Under the pieces are notes generated by a model. The model was not told where the DNA came from. It saw only the letters and a list, made by a program, of their open reading frames with translations, and searched no databases. From Eledone cirrhosa (taxonomy: Eukaryota), in assembly GCA_964016885.1 (NCBI GenBank), contig OZ024743.1, positions 136,648,001-136,712,000 of the forward strand: a stretch of 64,000 bases of DNA, given 5' to 3'. A program made the translations under genes and the position numbers. Shown piece after piece: positions 11,180 to 22,700 of the stretch. Each line of letters opens with the position of its first letter. Within the stretch, counting starts at the first letter, position 1.

Positions 11180-14100
11180 TTTGATGCTTGGTGTTTGGTG
11201 CTTGGTGTTTGGTGTTTTGTGCTTGGTGCTTGGGGCTTGGTGTTTAGTGCTTGGTGCTTGGTGCTTGGTGTTTGGTGGTTGGTGCTTGGTGTTTGGTGTT
11301 TAGTGTTTGGTGCTTGGTGCTTGGTGTTTGGTGCTTGGTGCTTGGTGCTGGGTGGTTGGTATTTGGTGCTTGGTGCTTGGTGTTTGGTGCTTGGTGCTTG
11401 GTGCTTGGTGTTTGGTGCTTGGTGCTTGGTGCTTGGTCTTTGGTGCTTGGTGTTTGGTGCTTGGTGCTTGGTGCTTGGTGTTTGGTGCTTGGTGATTAGT
11501 GTTTGGTGCTTGGTGCTTGGGGTTTGGTGTTTGGTGCTTGGTACTTGGTGTTTGGTGCTTGGTGTTTGGTGTTTGCTGTTTGGTGTTTGGTGTTTGCTGT
11601 TTGCTGTTTGCTGTTTGCTTTTTGGTGTTTGGTGTTTGCTGTATGGTGTTTGCTGTTTGGTGTTTGGTGTTTGCTGTTTGGTGTTTGGTGTTTGCTGTTT
11701 GGTATTTGGTGCTTGGTGTTTGGTGCTTGGTGCTTGGTGTTTGGTGTTTGGTGCTTGGTGCTTGGTGTTTGGTGTTTGTTGCTTGGTGCTTGGTGCTTGG
11801 TGTTTGGTGTTTGGTGTTTGGTGCTTGGTGTCTGGTGTTTGGTGTTTGGTGTTTGGTGCTTGTTGCTTGGTGCTTGGTGCTTGGGGTTTGGTTCTTGGTT
11901 CTTGGTGTTTGGTACTTGGTGCTTGGTGTTTGGTGCTGGGTGCTTGGTGTTTGGTGCTTGGTGCTTGGTGCTTGCTGTTTGGTGTTTGGTGCTTGGTGCT
12001 TGGTGTTTGGTGTTTGGTGTTATATGCTTGGTGTTTGATGCTTGGTGCTTGGTGCTTGGTATTTGGTGTTTGGTGCTTGGTGTTTGTACTTGGTGCTTGG
12101 TTCTTGGTTCTTGGTGCTTGGTGCTTGGTGCTTGGTGCTTGGTGCTTGGTGTTTGGTGCTTGGTGTTTGGTGCTTGGTGTTTGGTGCTTGGTGCCTGGTG
12201 CTTGGTGCTTGGTGCTTGGTGTTTGGTGCTTGGTGTTTGGTGCTTGGTGTTAGGTGTTTGGTGCTTGGTGCTTGGTGTTTGGTGTTTGGTGCTTGGTGTT
12301 TGGTGCTTGGTGCTTGGTGTTTGGTGTTTGGTGCTTGGTGTTTGGTGCTTGGTACTTGGTGCTTGGTGCTTGGTGTTAGGTGTTTGGTGCTTCGTGCTTG
12401 GTGTTTGGTTTTTGGTGCTTGGTGCTTTGTGTTTGGTGTTTGGTGCTTGCTGCTGGCTGCTTGGTGTTTGGTGCTTGGTGATTGGTGCTTGGTGTTTGGT
12501 GCTTGGTGTTTAGTGTTTGGTACTAGGTGCTTGGTGCTGGGTGGTTGGTGTTTGGTGCTTGGTGATTAGTGTTTGGTGCTAGGTGCTTGGGGTTTGGTGT
12601 TTGGTGCTTGGTGCTTGGTGTTTGGTGCTTGGTGCTTGGTGTTTGGTGCTTGGTGCTTGGTGTTTGCTGTTTGCTGTTTGCTGTTTGCTGTTTGTTGTTT
12701 GGTGTTTGTTGATTGGTGTTTGCTGTTTGGTGCTTGGTGCTTGGTCTTTGGTGCTTGGTGTTTGGTGTTTGGTGCTTGGTGCTTTGTGTTTGGTGCTTGG
12801 TGATTAGTGTTTGGTGCTTGGTGCTTGGGGTTTGGTGTTTGGTGCTTGGTACTTGGTGTTTGGTGCTTGGTGTTTGGTGTTTGCTGTTTGGTGTTTGGTG
12901 TTTGGTGTTTGCTGTATGGTGTTTGCTGTTTCGTGTTTGGTGTTTGCTGTTTGGTGTTTGGTGTTTGCTGTTTGGTGTTTGGTCTTTGGTGCTTGGTGTT
13001 TGGTGCTTGGTGCTTGGTGTATGGTGTTTGGTGCTTGGTGTTTGGTGTTTGGTGCTTGGTGCTTGGTGCTTGGTGTTTGGTGTTTGGTGTTTGGTGCTTG
13101 GTGTCTGGTGCTTGGTGTTTGGTGTTTGGTGTTTGGTGCTTGGTGTTTGGTGTTTGGTGTTTGGTGTTTGGTGCTTGTTGCTTGGTACTTGGTGCTTGGT
13201 GTTTGGTGCTTGGTGCTTGGTGTTTGGTGCTGGGTGCTTGGTGTTTGGTGCTTGGTGCTTGGTGCTTGGTGTTTGGTGTTTGGTGCTTGGTGCTTGGTGC
13301 TTGGTGTTTGGTGTTTGGTGCTTGGTGTTTTATGCTTGGTGTTTGATATTTGGTGCTTGGTGCTTGGTGTTTGGTGCTTGGTGCTTGGTGTTTGTACTTG
13401 GTGCTTGGTGCTTGGTTCTTGGTGTTTGGTGCTTGGTGTTTGGTGCTTGGTGCCTGGTGCTTGGTGCTTGGTGCTTGGTGTTTGGTGCTTGGTGTTTGGT
13501 GCTTGGTATTAGGTGTTTGGTGCTAGGTGCTTGGTGTTTGGTGTTTGGTGCTTGGTGTTTGGTGCTTGGTGCTTGGTGTTTGGTGTTTGGTGCTTGGTGT
13601 TTGGTGCTTGGTACTTGGTGTTTGGTGCTTGGTGTTAGGTGTTTGGTGCTTGGTGCTTGGTGTTTGATTTTTGGTGCTTGGTGCTTGGTGTTCGGTGTTT
13701 GGTGCTTGCTGCTGGCTGCTTGGTGTTTGGTGCTTGGTGATTGGTGCTTGGTGTTTGGTGCTTGGTGTTTGGTGTTTGGTACTAGGTGCTTGGTGCTCGG
13801 TGTTTGGTGCTTGGTGCTTGGTGTTTGGTGTTTGGTGCTTGGTGCTTGGTGTTTGGTGCTTGGTGCTGGGTGCTGGGTGGTTGGTGTTTGGTGTTTGGTG
13901 TTTGGTGCTGGGTGCTTGGTGTTTGGTGCTTGGTGCTTGGTCTTTGGTGTTTGGTGTTTGGTGTTTGGTGCTTGGTGCTTGGTGCTTGGTGTTTGGTGCT
14001 TGGTGCTTGGTGTTTGGTGCTTGGTGCTTAGTGTTTGGTGCTAGGTGCTTGGGGTTTGGTGTTTGGTGCTTGGTGCTTGGTGTTTGGTGCTTGGTGCTTG

Positions 14101-17100
14101 GTGTTTGGTGCTTGGTGCTTGGTGCTTGGTGTTTGGTGTTTGGTGTTTGCTGTTTGGTGTTTGGTGTTTGGTGTTTGGTCTCTGCTTTTTGGTGTTTGGT
14201 GTTGGCTGTATGTTATTTGCTGTTTGGTGTTTGGTGTTTGGTGTTTGGTGCTTGGTGCTTGGTGTTTGGTGTTTGGTGCTTGGTGCTTGGAGTTTGGTGT
14301 TTGGTGCTTGGTGCTTGGTGTTTTGTGTTTGGTGTTTGGTTTTTGGTGCTTGGTGCTTGGTGCTTGTTGCTTGGTCCTTGGTGTTTGGTGCTTGGTGCTT
14401 GGTGTTTGTACTTGGTGCTTGGTGCTTGGTGTTTGGTTCTTGGTTCTTGGTGTTTGGTACTTGGTGCTTGGTGCTTGGTGCTTGGTGTTTGGTGTTTGGT
14501 GCTTGGTGTTTGGTGCTTGGTGCTTGGTGCTTGGTGGTAGGTGTTTGGTGCTTGGTGCTTGGTGTTTGGTGCTTGGTGTTTGGTGTTTGCTGTTTGGTGT
14601 TTGGTGCTTGGTGTTTGGTGTTTGCTGTTTGGTGTCTGCTTTTTGGTCTTTGGTGTTTGCTGTATGGTGTTTGCTGTTTCGTGTTTGGTGTTTGCTGTTT
14701 GGTGTTTGGTGTTTGCTGTTTGGTGTTTGGTCTTTGGTGCTTGGTGTTTGGTGCTTGGTGCTTGGTGTTTGGTGTTTGGTGCTTGGTGCTTCGTGCTTCG
14801 TGTTTGGTGTTTGGTGCTTGGTGTCTGGAGCTTGGTGTTTGGTGTTTGGTGCTTGGTGTTTGGTGTTTGGTGCTTGGTGCTTGGTGTTTGGTGCTTGGTG
14901 CTTGGTGTTTGTACTTGGTGCTTGGTGCTTGGTGTTTGGTGCTTGGTTCTTGGTGTTTGGTGCTTGGTGTTTGGTGCTTGGTGCTTGGTGTTTGGTGCTT
15001 GATGCTTGGTGTTTGGTGTTTGGTGCTTGGTGCTTGGTGCTTGGTGTTTGGTGTTTGGTGCTTGGTGCTTGGTGTTTGGTGTTTGGTTCTTGGTGCTTGG
15101 TATTTGGTGCTTGGTGCTTGCTGCTTGGTGTTTGGTGCTTGGTGATTGATGCTTGGTGTTTGATGCTTGGTGCTTGGTGTTTGGTTTTTGGTGCTAGGTG
15201 CTTGGTGCTTGGTGTTTGGTGCTTGGTGTTTGGTGTTTGCTGCTTGGTGCTTGGGGCTTGGTGTTTGGTACTTGGTGCTTGGTGCTTGGTGTTTGGTGCT
15301 TGGTGCTTGGTGTATGGTGTTTGGTGTTTGGTGCTTGGTGTTTGGTGTTTGGTGCTTGGTGCTTGGTGTTTGTTGCTTGGTACTTGGTTCATGGTGTTTG
15401 GTGCTGGGTGCTTGGTGTTTGGTGCTTGGTGCTTGGTGTTTGGTGTTTGGTGCTTGGTGTTTGGTGTTTGGTGCTTGGTGCTTGGTGTTTGTTGCTTGGT
15501 ACTTGGTGCATGGTGTTTGGTGCTGGGTGCTTGGTGTTTGGTGTTTGGTGTTTGGTGCTTGGTGCTTGGTGTTTGGTGTTTGGTGTTTGATGCTTGGTGT
15601 TTGATGCTTGGTGCTTGGTGCTTGGTGTTTGGTGCTTGGTGTTTGTACTTGGTGCTTGGTGTTTTGTGCTTGGTTCTTTGTGTTTGGTGTTTGGTGCTTG
15701 GTGCTTGGTGCTTGGTGTTAGGTGTTTGGTGCTTGGTGCTTGGTGTTTGGTGTTTGGTCCTTGGTGCTTGGTGTTTAGTGCTTGGTGCTTGGTGTTTGTT
15801 GTTTGGTGCTTTCTGCTTGCTGCTTGGCGTTTGGTGCTTGGTGCTTGGTGCTTGGTGTTTGGTGTTTGGTGCTAGGTGCTTGGTGTTTGGTGTTTGGTGT
15901 TTGATGCTTGGTGTTTGGTGCTTGGTGTTTGGTGTTTTGTGCTTGGTGCTTGGGGCTTGGTGTTTAGTGGTTGGTGCTTGGTGCTTGGTGTTTGGTGCTT
16001 GGTGCTTGGTGTTTGGTGTTTGGTGTTTGGTGCTTGGTGCTTGGTGTTTGGTGCTTGGTGCTTGGTGCTGGGTGGTTGGTATTTGGTGCTTGGTGCTTGG
16101 TGTTTGGTGCTTGGTGCTTGGTGCTTGGTGTTTGGTGCTTGGTGCTTGGTGCTTGGTCTTTGGTGCTTGGTGTTTGGTGCTTGGTGCTTGGTGCTTGGTG
16201 TTTGGTGCTTGGTGATTAGTGTTTGGTGCTTGGTGCTTGGGGTTTGGTGTTTGGTGCTTGGTACTTGGTGTTTGGTGCTTGGTGTTTGGTGTTTGCTGTT
16301 TGGTGTTTGGTGTTTGCTGTTTGCTGTTTGCTGTTTGCTTTTTGGTGTTTGGTGTTTGCTGTATGGTGTTTGCTGTTTGGTGTTTGGTGTTTGCTGTTTG
16401 GTGTTTGGTGTTTGCTGTTTGGTCTTTGGTGCTTGGTGTTTGGTGCTTGGTGCTTGGTGTTTGGTGTTTGGTGCTTGGTGCTTGGTGTTTGGTGTTTGTT
16501 GCTTGGTGCTTGGTGCTTGGTGTTTGGTGTTTGGTGTTTGGTGCTTGGTGTCTGGTGCTTGGTGTTTGGTGTTTGGTGTTTGGTGCTTGGTGTTTGGTGT
16601 TTGGTGTTTGGTGCTTGGTGCTTGGTGTTTGTTGTTTGGTGCTTTCTGCTTGCTGCTTGGCGTTTGGTGCTTGGTGCTTGGTGCTTGATGTTTGGTGTTT
16701 GGTGCTTGGTGCTTGGTGTTTGGTGTTTGGTGTTATATGCTTGGTGTTTGATGCTTGGTGCTTGGTGCTTGGTATTTGGTGTTTGGTGCTTGGTGTTTGT
16801 ACTTGGTGCTTGGTTCTTGGTTCTTGGTGCTTGGTGCTTGGTGCTGGGTGCTTGGTGCTTGGTGTTTGGTGCTTGGTGTTTGGTGCTTGGTGTTTGGTGC
16901 TTGGTGCCTGGTGCTTGGTGCTTGGTGCTTGGTGTTTGGTGCTTGGTGTTTGGTGTTTGGTGTTAGGTGTTTGGTGCTTGGTGCTTGGTGTTTGGTGTTT
17001 GGTGCTTGGTGTTTGGTGCTTGGTACTTGGTGCTTGGTGCTTGGTGTTAGATGTTTGGTGCTTGGTGCTTGGTGTTTGGTGTTTGGTGCTTGCTGCTGGC

Positions 17101-20100
17101 TGCTTGGTGTTTGGTGCTTGGTGATTGGCGCTTGGTGTTTGGTGCTTGGTGTTTGGTGTTTGGTACTAAGTGCTTGGTGTTTGGTGTTTGGTGCTTGGTG
17201 CTTGGTGTTTGGTGTTTGGTGTTTGGTGCTTGGTGCTTGGTGCTTGGTGCTGGGTGGTTGGTGTTTGGTGCTTGGTGATTAGTGTTTGGTGCTAGGTGCT
17301 TGGGGTTTGGTGTTTGGTGCTTGGTGCTTGGTGTTTGGTGCTTGGTGCTTGGTGTTTGGTGCTTGGTGCTTGGTGTTTGGTGTTTGCTGTTTGCTGTTTG
17401 GTGTTTGTTGTTTGGTGTTTGTTGATTGGTGTTTGCTGTTTGGTGTTTGGTATTTGGTGTTTGCTGTTTGGTGTCTGCTTTTTGGTGTTTGGTGTCTGCT
17501 GTATGTTGTTTGCTGTTTGGTGTTTGGTGTTTGGTGTTTGGTGTTTGCTGCTTGGTGCTTGGTGTTTGGTGCTTGGGGCTTGGTGTTTGGTGCCTGGTGC
17601 TTGGTACTTGGTTGTTTGGTGTTTGGTGCTTGGTGCTTGGGGCTTGGAGTTTGGTGTTTGGTGCTTGGTGCTTGGTGTTTGTACTTGGTGCTTTGTGCTT
17701 GGTGTTTGGTTCTTGGTTCTTGGTGTTTGGTACTTGGTGCTTGGTGCTTGGTGCTTGGTGTTTGGTGTTTGGTGCTTGGTGTTTGGTGCTTGCTGCTTGG
17801 TGCTTGGTGCTTGGTGTTAGGTGTTTGGTGCTTGGTGCTTGGTGTTTGGTGCTTGGTGTTTGCTGTTTGGTGTTTGGTGTTTGGTGTTTGGTGTTTGCTG
17901 TTTGGTGTCTGCTTTTTGGTGTTTGGTGTTTGCTGTATGGTGTTTGCTGTTTCGTGTTTGGTGTTTGCTGTTTGGTGTTTGGTGCTTCGTGTTTGGTGCT
18001 TGGTGTTTGGTGCTTGGTGCCTCGTGCTTGGTGCTTGGTGCTTGCTGCTGGCTGCTTGGTGCTTGGTGTTTGGTGTTTGGTACTAGGTGCTTGGTGTTTG
18101 GTGTTTGGTGCTTGGTGCTTGGTGTTTGGTGTTTGGTGTTTGGTGCTTGGTGCTTGGTGCTTGGTGCTGGGTGGTTGGTGTTTGGTGCTTGGTGATTAGT
18201 GTTTGGTGCTAGGTGCTTGGGGTTTGGTGTTTGGTGCTTGGTGCTTGGTGTTTGGTGCTTGGTGCTTGGTGTTTGGTGCTTGGTGCTTGGTGTTTGCTGT
18301 TTGCTGTTTGCTGTTTGGTGTTTGTTGTTTGGTGTTTGTTGATTGGTGTTTGCTGTTTGGTGCTTGGTGCTTGGTCTTTGGTGCTTGGTGTTTGGTGTTT
18401 GGTGCTTCGTGCTTTGTGTTTGTTGCTTGGTGATTAGTGTTTGGTGCTTGGTGCTTGGGGTTTGGTGTTTGGTTGTTGGTACTTGGTGTTTGGTGCTTGG
18501 TGTTAGGTGTTTGCTGTTTGGTGTTTGGTGTTTGGTGTTTGCTGTATGGTGTTTGCTGTTTCGTGTTTGGTGTTTGCTGTTTGGTGTTTGGTGTTTGCTG
18601 TTTGGTGTTTGATCTTTGGTGCTGGTGTTTGGTGCTTGGTGCTTGGTGTTTGGTGTTTGGTGCTTGGTGTTTGGTGTTTGGTGCTTGGTGCTTGGTGCTT
18701 GGTGTTTGGTGTTTGGTGTTTGGTGCTTGGTGTTTGGTGCTTGGTGTTTGGTGTTTGGTGTTTCGGGCTTGGTGTTTGGTGTTTGGTGTTTGGTGCTTGG
18801 TGCTTGTTGCTTGGTGTTTGATGCTTGGTGTTTGGTGCTTGGTGTTTGGTGTTTTGTGCTTGGTGCTTGGGGCTTGGTGTTTAGTGCTTGGTGCTTGGTG
18901 CTTGGTGTTTGGTGGTTGGTGCTTGGTGTTTGGTGTTTGGTGTTTGGTGCTTGGTGCTTGGTGTTTGGTGCTTGGTGCTTGGTGCTGGGTGGTTGGTATT
19001 TGGTGCTTGGTGCTTGGTGTTTGGTGCTTGGTGCTTGGTGCTTGGTGTTTGGTGCTTGGTGCTTGGTGCTTGGTCTTTGGTGCTTGGTGTTTGGTGCTTG
19101 TTGCTTGGTGCTTGGTGTTTGGTGCTTGGTGATTAGTGTTTGGTGCTTGGTGCTTGGGGTTTGGTGTTTGGTGCTTGGTACTTGGTGTTTGGTGCTTGGT
19201 GTTTGGTGTTTGCTGTTTGGTGTTTGGTGTTTGCTGTTTGCTGTTTGCTGTTTGCTTTTTGGTGTTTGGTGTTTGCTGTATGGTGTTTGCTGTTTGGTGT
19301 TTGGTGTTTGCTGTTTGGTGTTTGGTGTTTGCTGTTTGGTATTTGGTGCTTGGTGTTTGGTGCTTGGTGCTTGGTGTTTGGTGTTTGGTGCTTGGTGCTT
19401 GGTGTTTGGTGTTTGTTGCTTGGTGCTTGGTGCTTGGTGTTTGGTGTTTGGTGTTTGGTGCTTGGTGTCTGGTGTTTGGTGTTTGGTGTTTGGTGCTTGT
19501 TGCTTGGTGCTTGGTGCTTGGGGTTTGGTTCTTGGTTCTTGGTGTTTGGTACTTGGTGCTTGGTGTTTGGTGCTGGGTGCTTGGTGTTTGGTGCTTGGTG
19601 CTTGGTGCTTGCTGTTTGGTGTTTGGTGCTTGGTGCTTGGTGTTTGGTGTTTGGTGTTATATGCTTGGTGTTTGATGCTTGGTGCTTGGTGCTTGGTATT
19701 TGGTGTTTGGTGCTTGGTGTTTGTACTTGGTGCTTGGTTCTTGGTTCTTGGTGCTTGGTGCTTGGTGCTTGGTGCTTGGTGCTTGGTGTTTGGTGCTTGG
19801 TGTTTGGTGCTTGGTGTTTGGTGCTTGGTGCCTGGTGCTTGGTGCTTGGTGCTTGGTGTTTGGTGCTTGGTGTTTGGTGCTTGGTGTTAGGTGTTTGGTG
19901 CTTGGTGCTTGGTGTTTGGTGTTTGGTGCTTGGTGTTTGGTGCTTGGTACTTGGTGTTTGGTGTTTGGTGCTTGGTGTTTGGTGCTTGGTACTTGGCGCT
20001 TGGTGCTTGGTGTTAGGTGTTTGGTGCTTGGTGCTTGGTTTTTGGTGCTTGGTGCTTGGTGTTTGGTGTTTGGTGCTTGCTGCTGGCTGCTTGGTGTTTG

Positions 20101-22700
20101 GTGCTTGGTGATTGGTGCTTGGTGTTTGGTGCTTGGTGTTTGGTGTTTGGTACTAGGTGCTTGGTGTTTGGTGTTTCGTGTTTGGTGCTTGGTGTTTGGT
20201 GTTTGGTGTTTGGTGCTTGGTGCTTGGTGCTTGGTGCTGGGTGGTTGGTGTTTGGTGCTTGGTGATTAGTGTTTGGTGCTAGGTGCTTGGGGTTTGGTGT
20301 TTGGTGCTTGGTGCTTGGTGTTTGGTGCTTGGTGCTTGGTGTTTGGTGCTTGGTGCTTGGTGTTTGCTGTTTGCTGTTTGCTGTTTGGTGTTTGTTGTTT
20401 GGTGTTTGTTGATTGGTGTTTGCTGTTTGGTGCTTGGTGCTTGGTCTTTGGTGCTTGGTGTTTGGTGTTTGGTGCTTGGTGCTTTGTGTTTGGTGCTTGG
20501 TGATTAGTGTTTGGTGCTTGGTGCTTGGGGTTTGGTGTTTGGTGCTTGGTACTTGGTGTTTGGTGCTTGGTGTTTGGTGTTTGCTGTTTGCTGTTTGGTG
20601 TTTGGTGTTTGCTGTATGGTGTTTGCTGTTTCGTGTTTGGTGTTTGCTGTTTGGTGTTTGGTGTTTGCTGTTTGGTGTTTGGTCTTTGGTGCTTGGTGTT
20701 TGGTGCTTGGTGCTTGGTGTATGGTGTTTGGTGCTTGGTGTTTGGTGTTTGGTGCTTGGTGCTTGGTGCTTGGTGTTTGGTGTTTGGTGTTTGGTGCTTG
20801 GTGTCTGGTGCTTGGTGTTTGGTGTTTGGTGTTTGGTGCTTGGTGTTTGGTGTTTGGTGTTTGGTGTTTGGTGCTTGTTGCTTGGTACTTGGTGCTTGGT
20901 GTTTGGTGCTTGGTGCTTGGTGTTTGGTGCTGGGTGCTTGGTGTTTGGTGCTTGGTGCTTGGTGCTTGGTGTTTGGTGTTTGGTGCTTGGTGCTTGGTGC
21001 TTGGTGTTTGGTGTTTGGTGCTTGGTGTTTTATGCTTGGTGTTTGATATTTGGTGCTTGGTGCTTGGTGTTTGGTGTTTGGTGCTTGGTGTTTGTACTTG
21101 GTGCTTGGTGCTTGGTTCTTGGTGTTTGGTGCTTGGTGCTTGGTGCTTGGTGCTTGGTGTTTGGTGCTTGGTGTTTGGTGCTTGGTGTTTGGTGCTTGGT
21201 GCCTGGTGCTTGGTGCTTGGTGCTTGGTGTTTGGTGCTTGGTGTTTGGTGCTTGGTATTAGGTGTTTGGTGCTTGGTGCTTGGTGTTTGGTGTTTGGTGC
21301 TTGGTGTTTGGTGCTTGGTGCTTGGTGTTTGGTGTTTGGTGCTTGGTGTTTGGTGCTTGGTACTTGGTGCTTGGTGCTTGGTGTTAGGTGTTTGGTGCTT
21401 GGTGCTTGGTGTTTGGTTTTTGGTGCTTGGTGCTTGGTGTTCGGTGTTTGGTGCTTGCTGCTGGCTGCTTGGTGTTTGGTGCTTGGTGATTGGTGCTTGG
21501 TGTTTGGTGCTTGGTGTTTGGTGTTTGGTACTAGGTGCTTGGTGCTTGGTGTTTGGTGCTTGGTGCTTGGTGTTTGGTGTTTGGTGCTTGGTGCTTGGTG
21601 TTTGGTGCTTGGTGCTGGGTGCTGGGTGGTTGGTGTTTGGTGTTTGGTGTTTGGTGCTGGGTGCTTGGTGTTTGGTGCTTGGTGCTTGGTCTTTGGTGTT
21701 TGGTGTATGGTGTTTGGTGCTTGGTGCTTGGTGCTTGGTGTTTGGTGCTTGGTGCTTGGTGTTTGGTGCTTGGTGCTTAGTGTTTGGTGCTAGGTGCTTG
21801 GGATTTGGTGTTTGGTGCTTGGTGCTTGGTGTTTGGTGCTTGGTGCTTGGTGTTTGGTGTTTGGTGCTTGGTGCTTGGTGTTTGGTGTTTGGTGTTTGCT
21901 GTTTGGTGTTTGGTGTTTGGTGTTTGGTGTTTGCTGTTTGGTGTCTGCTTTTTGGTGTTTGGTGTTGGCTGTATGTTATTTGCTGTTTGGTGTTTGGTGT
22001 TTGGTGTTTGGTGCTTGGTGCTTGGTGTTTGGTGTTTGGTGCTTGGTGCTTGGAGTTTGGTGTTTGGTGCTTGGTGCTTGGTGTTTTGTGTTTGGTGTTT
22101 GGTTTTTGGTGCTTGGTGCTTGGTGCTTGTTGCTTGGTCCTTGGTGTTTGGTGCTTGGTGCTTGGTGTTTGTACTTGGTGCTTGGTGCTTGGTGTTTGGT
22201 TCTTGGTTCTTGGTGTTTGGTACTTGGTGCTTGGTGCTTGGTGCTTGGTGTTTGGTGTTTGGTGCCTGGTGTTTGGTGCTTGGTGCTTGGTGCTTGGTGT
22301 TAGGTGTTTGGTGCTTGGTGCTTGGTGTTTGGTGCTTGGTGTTTGGTGTTTGCTGTTTGGTGTTTGGTGCTTGGTGTTTGGTGTTTGCTGTTTGGTGTCT
22401 GCTTTTTGGTGTTTGGTGTTTGCTGTATGGTGTTTGCTGTTTCGTGTTTGGTGTTTGCTGTTTGGTGTTTGGTGTTTGCTGTTTGGTGTTTGGTCTTTGG
22501 TGCTTGGTGTTTGGTGCTTGGTGCTTGGTGTTTGGTGTTTGGTGCTTGGTGCTTGGTGCTTCGTGTTTGGTGTTTGGTGCTTGGTGTCTGGAGCTTGGTG
22601 TTTGGTGTTTGGTGCTTGGTGTTTGGTGTTTGGTGCTTGGTGCTTGGTGTTTGGTGCTTGGTGCTTGGTGTTTGGTGCTTGGTTCTTGGTGTTTGGTGCT
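11180..22700 (+). repeat. Paralogous blocks ~11.2-14.9 kb and ~18.8-22.7 kb (offset ~7.64-7.76 kb)
   Basis: ORF pairs 11499/19136, 12042/19679 (7637), 12573/20273, 12807/20507 (7700), 13786/21535, 14045/21794 (7749). Shared markers TATATGC, TTGATAT, TCGGTGT. Confidence 0.85.

Noticed and set aside
12021-12027. TATATGC / ATGTTAT as TATA or -10 promoter elements; hairpins and terminators
   Set aside because: They are in-phase variant units with no downstream gene; the A-poor strand cannot form substantial Watson-Crick stems.
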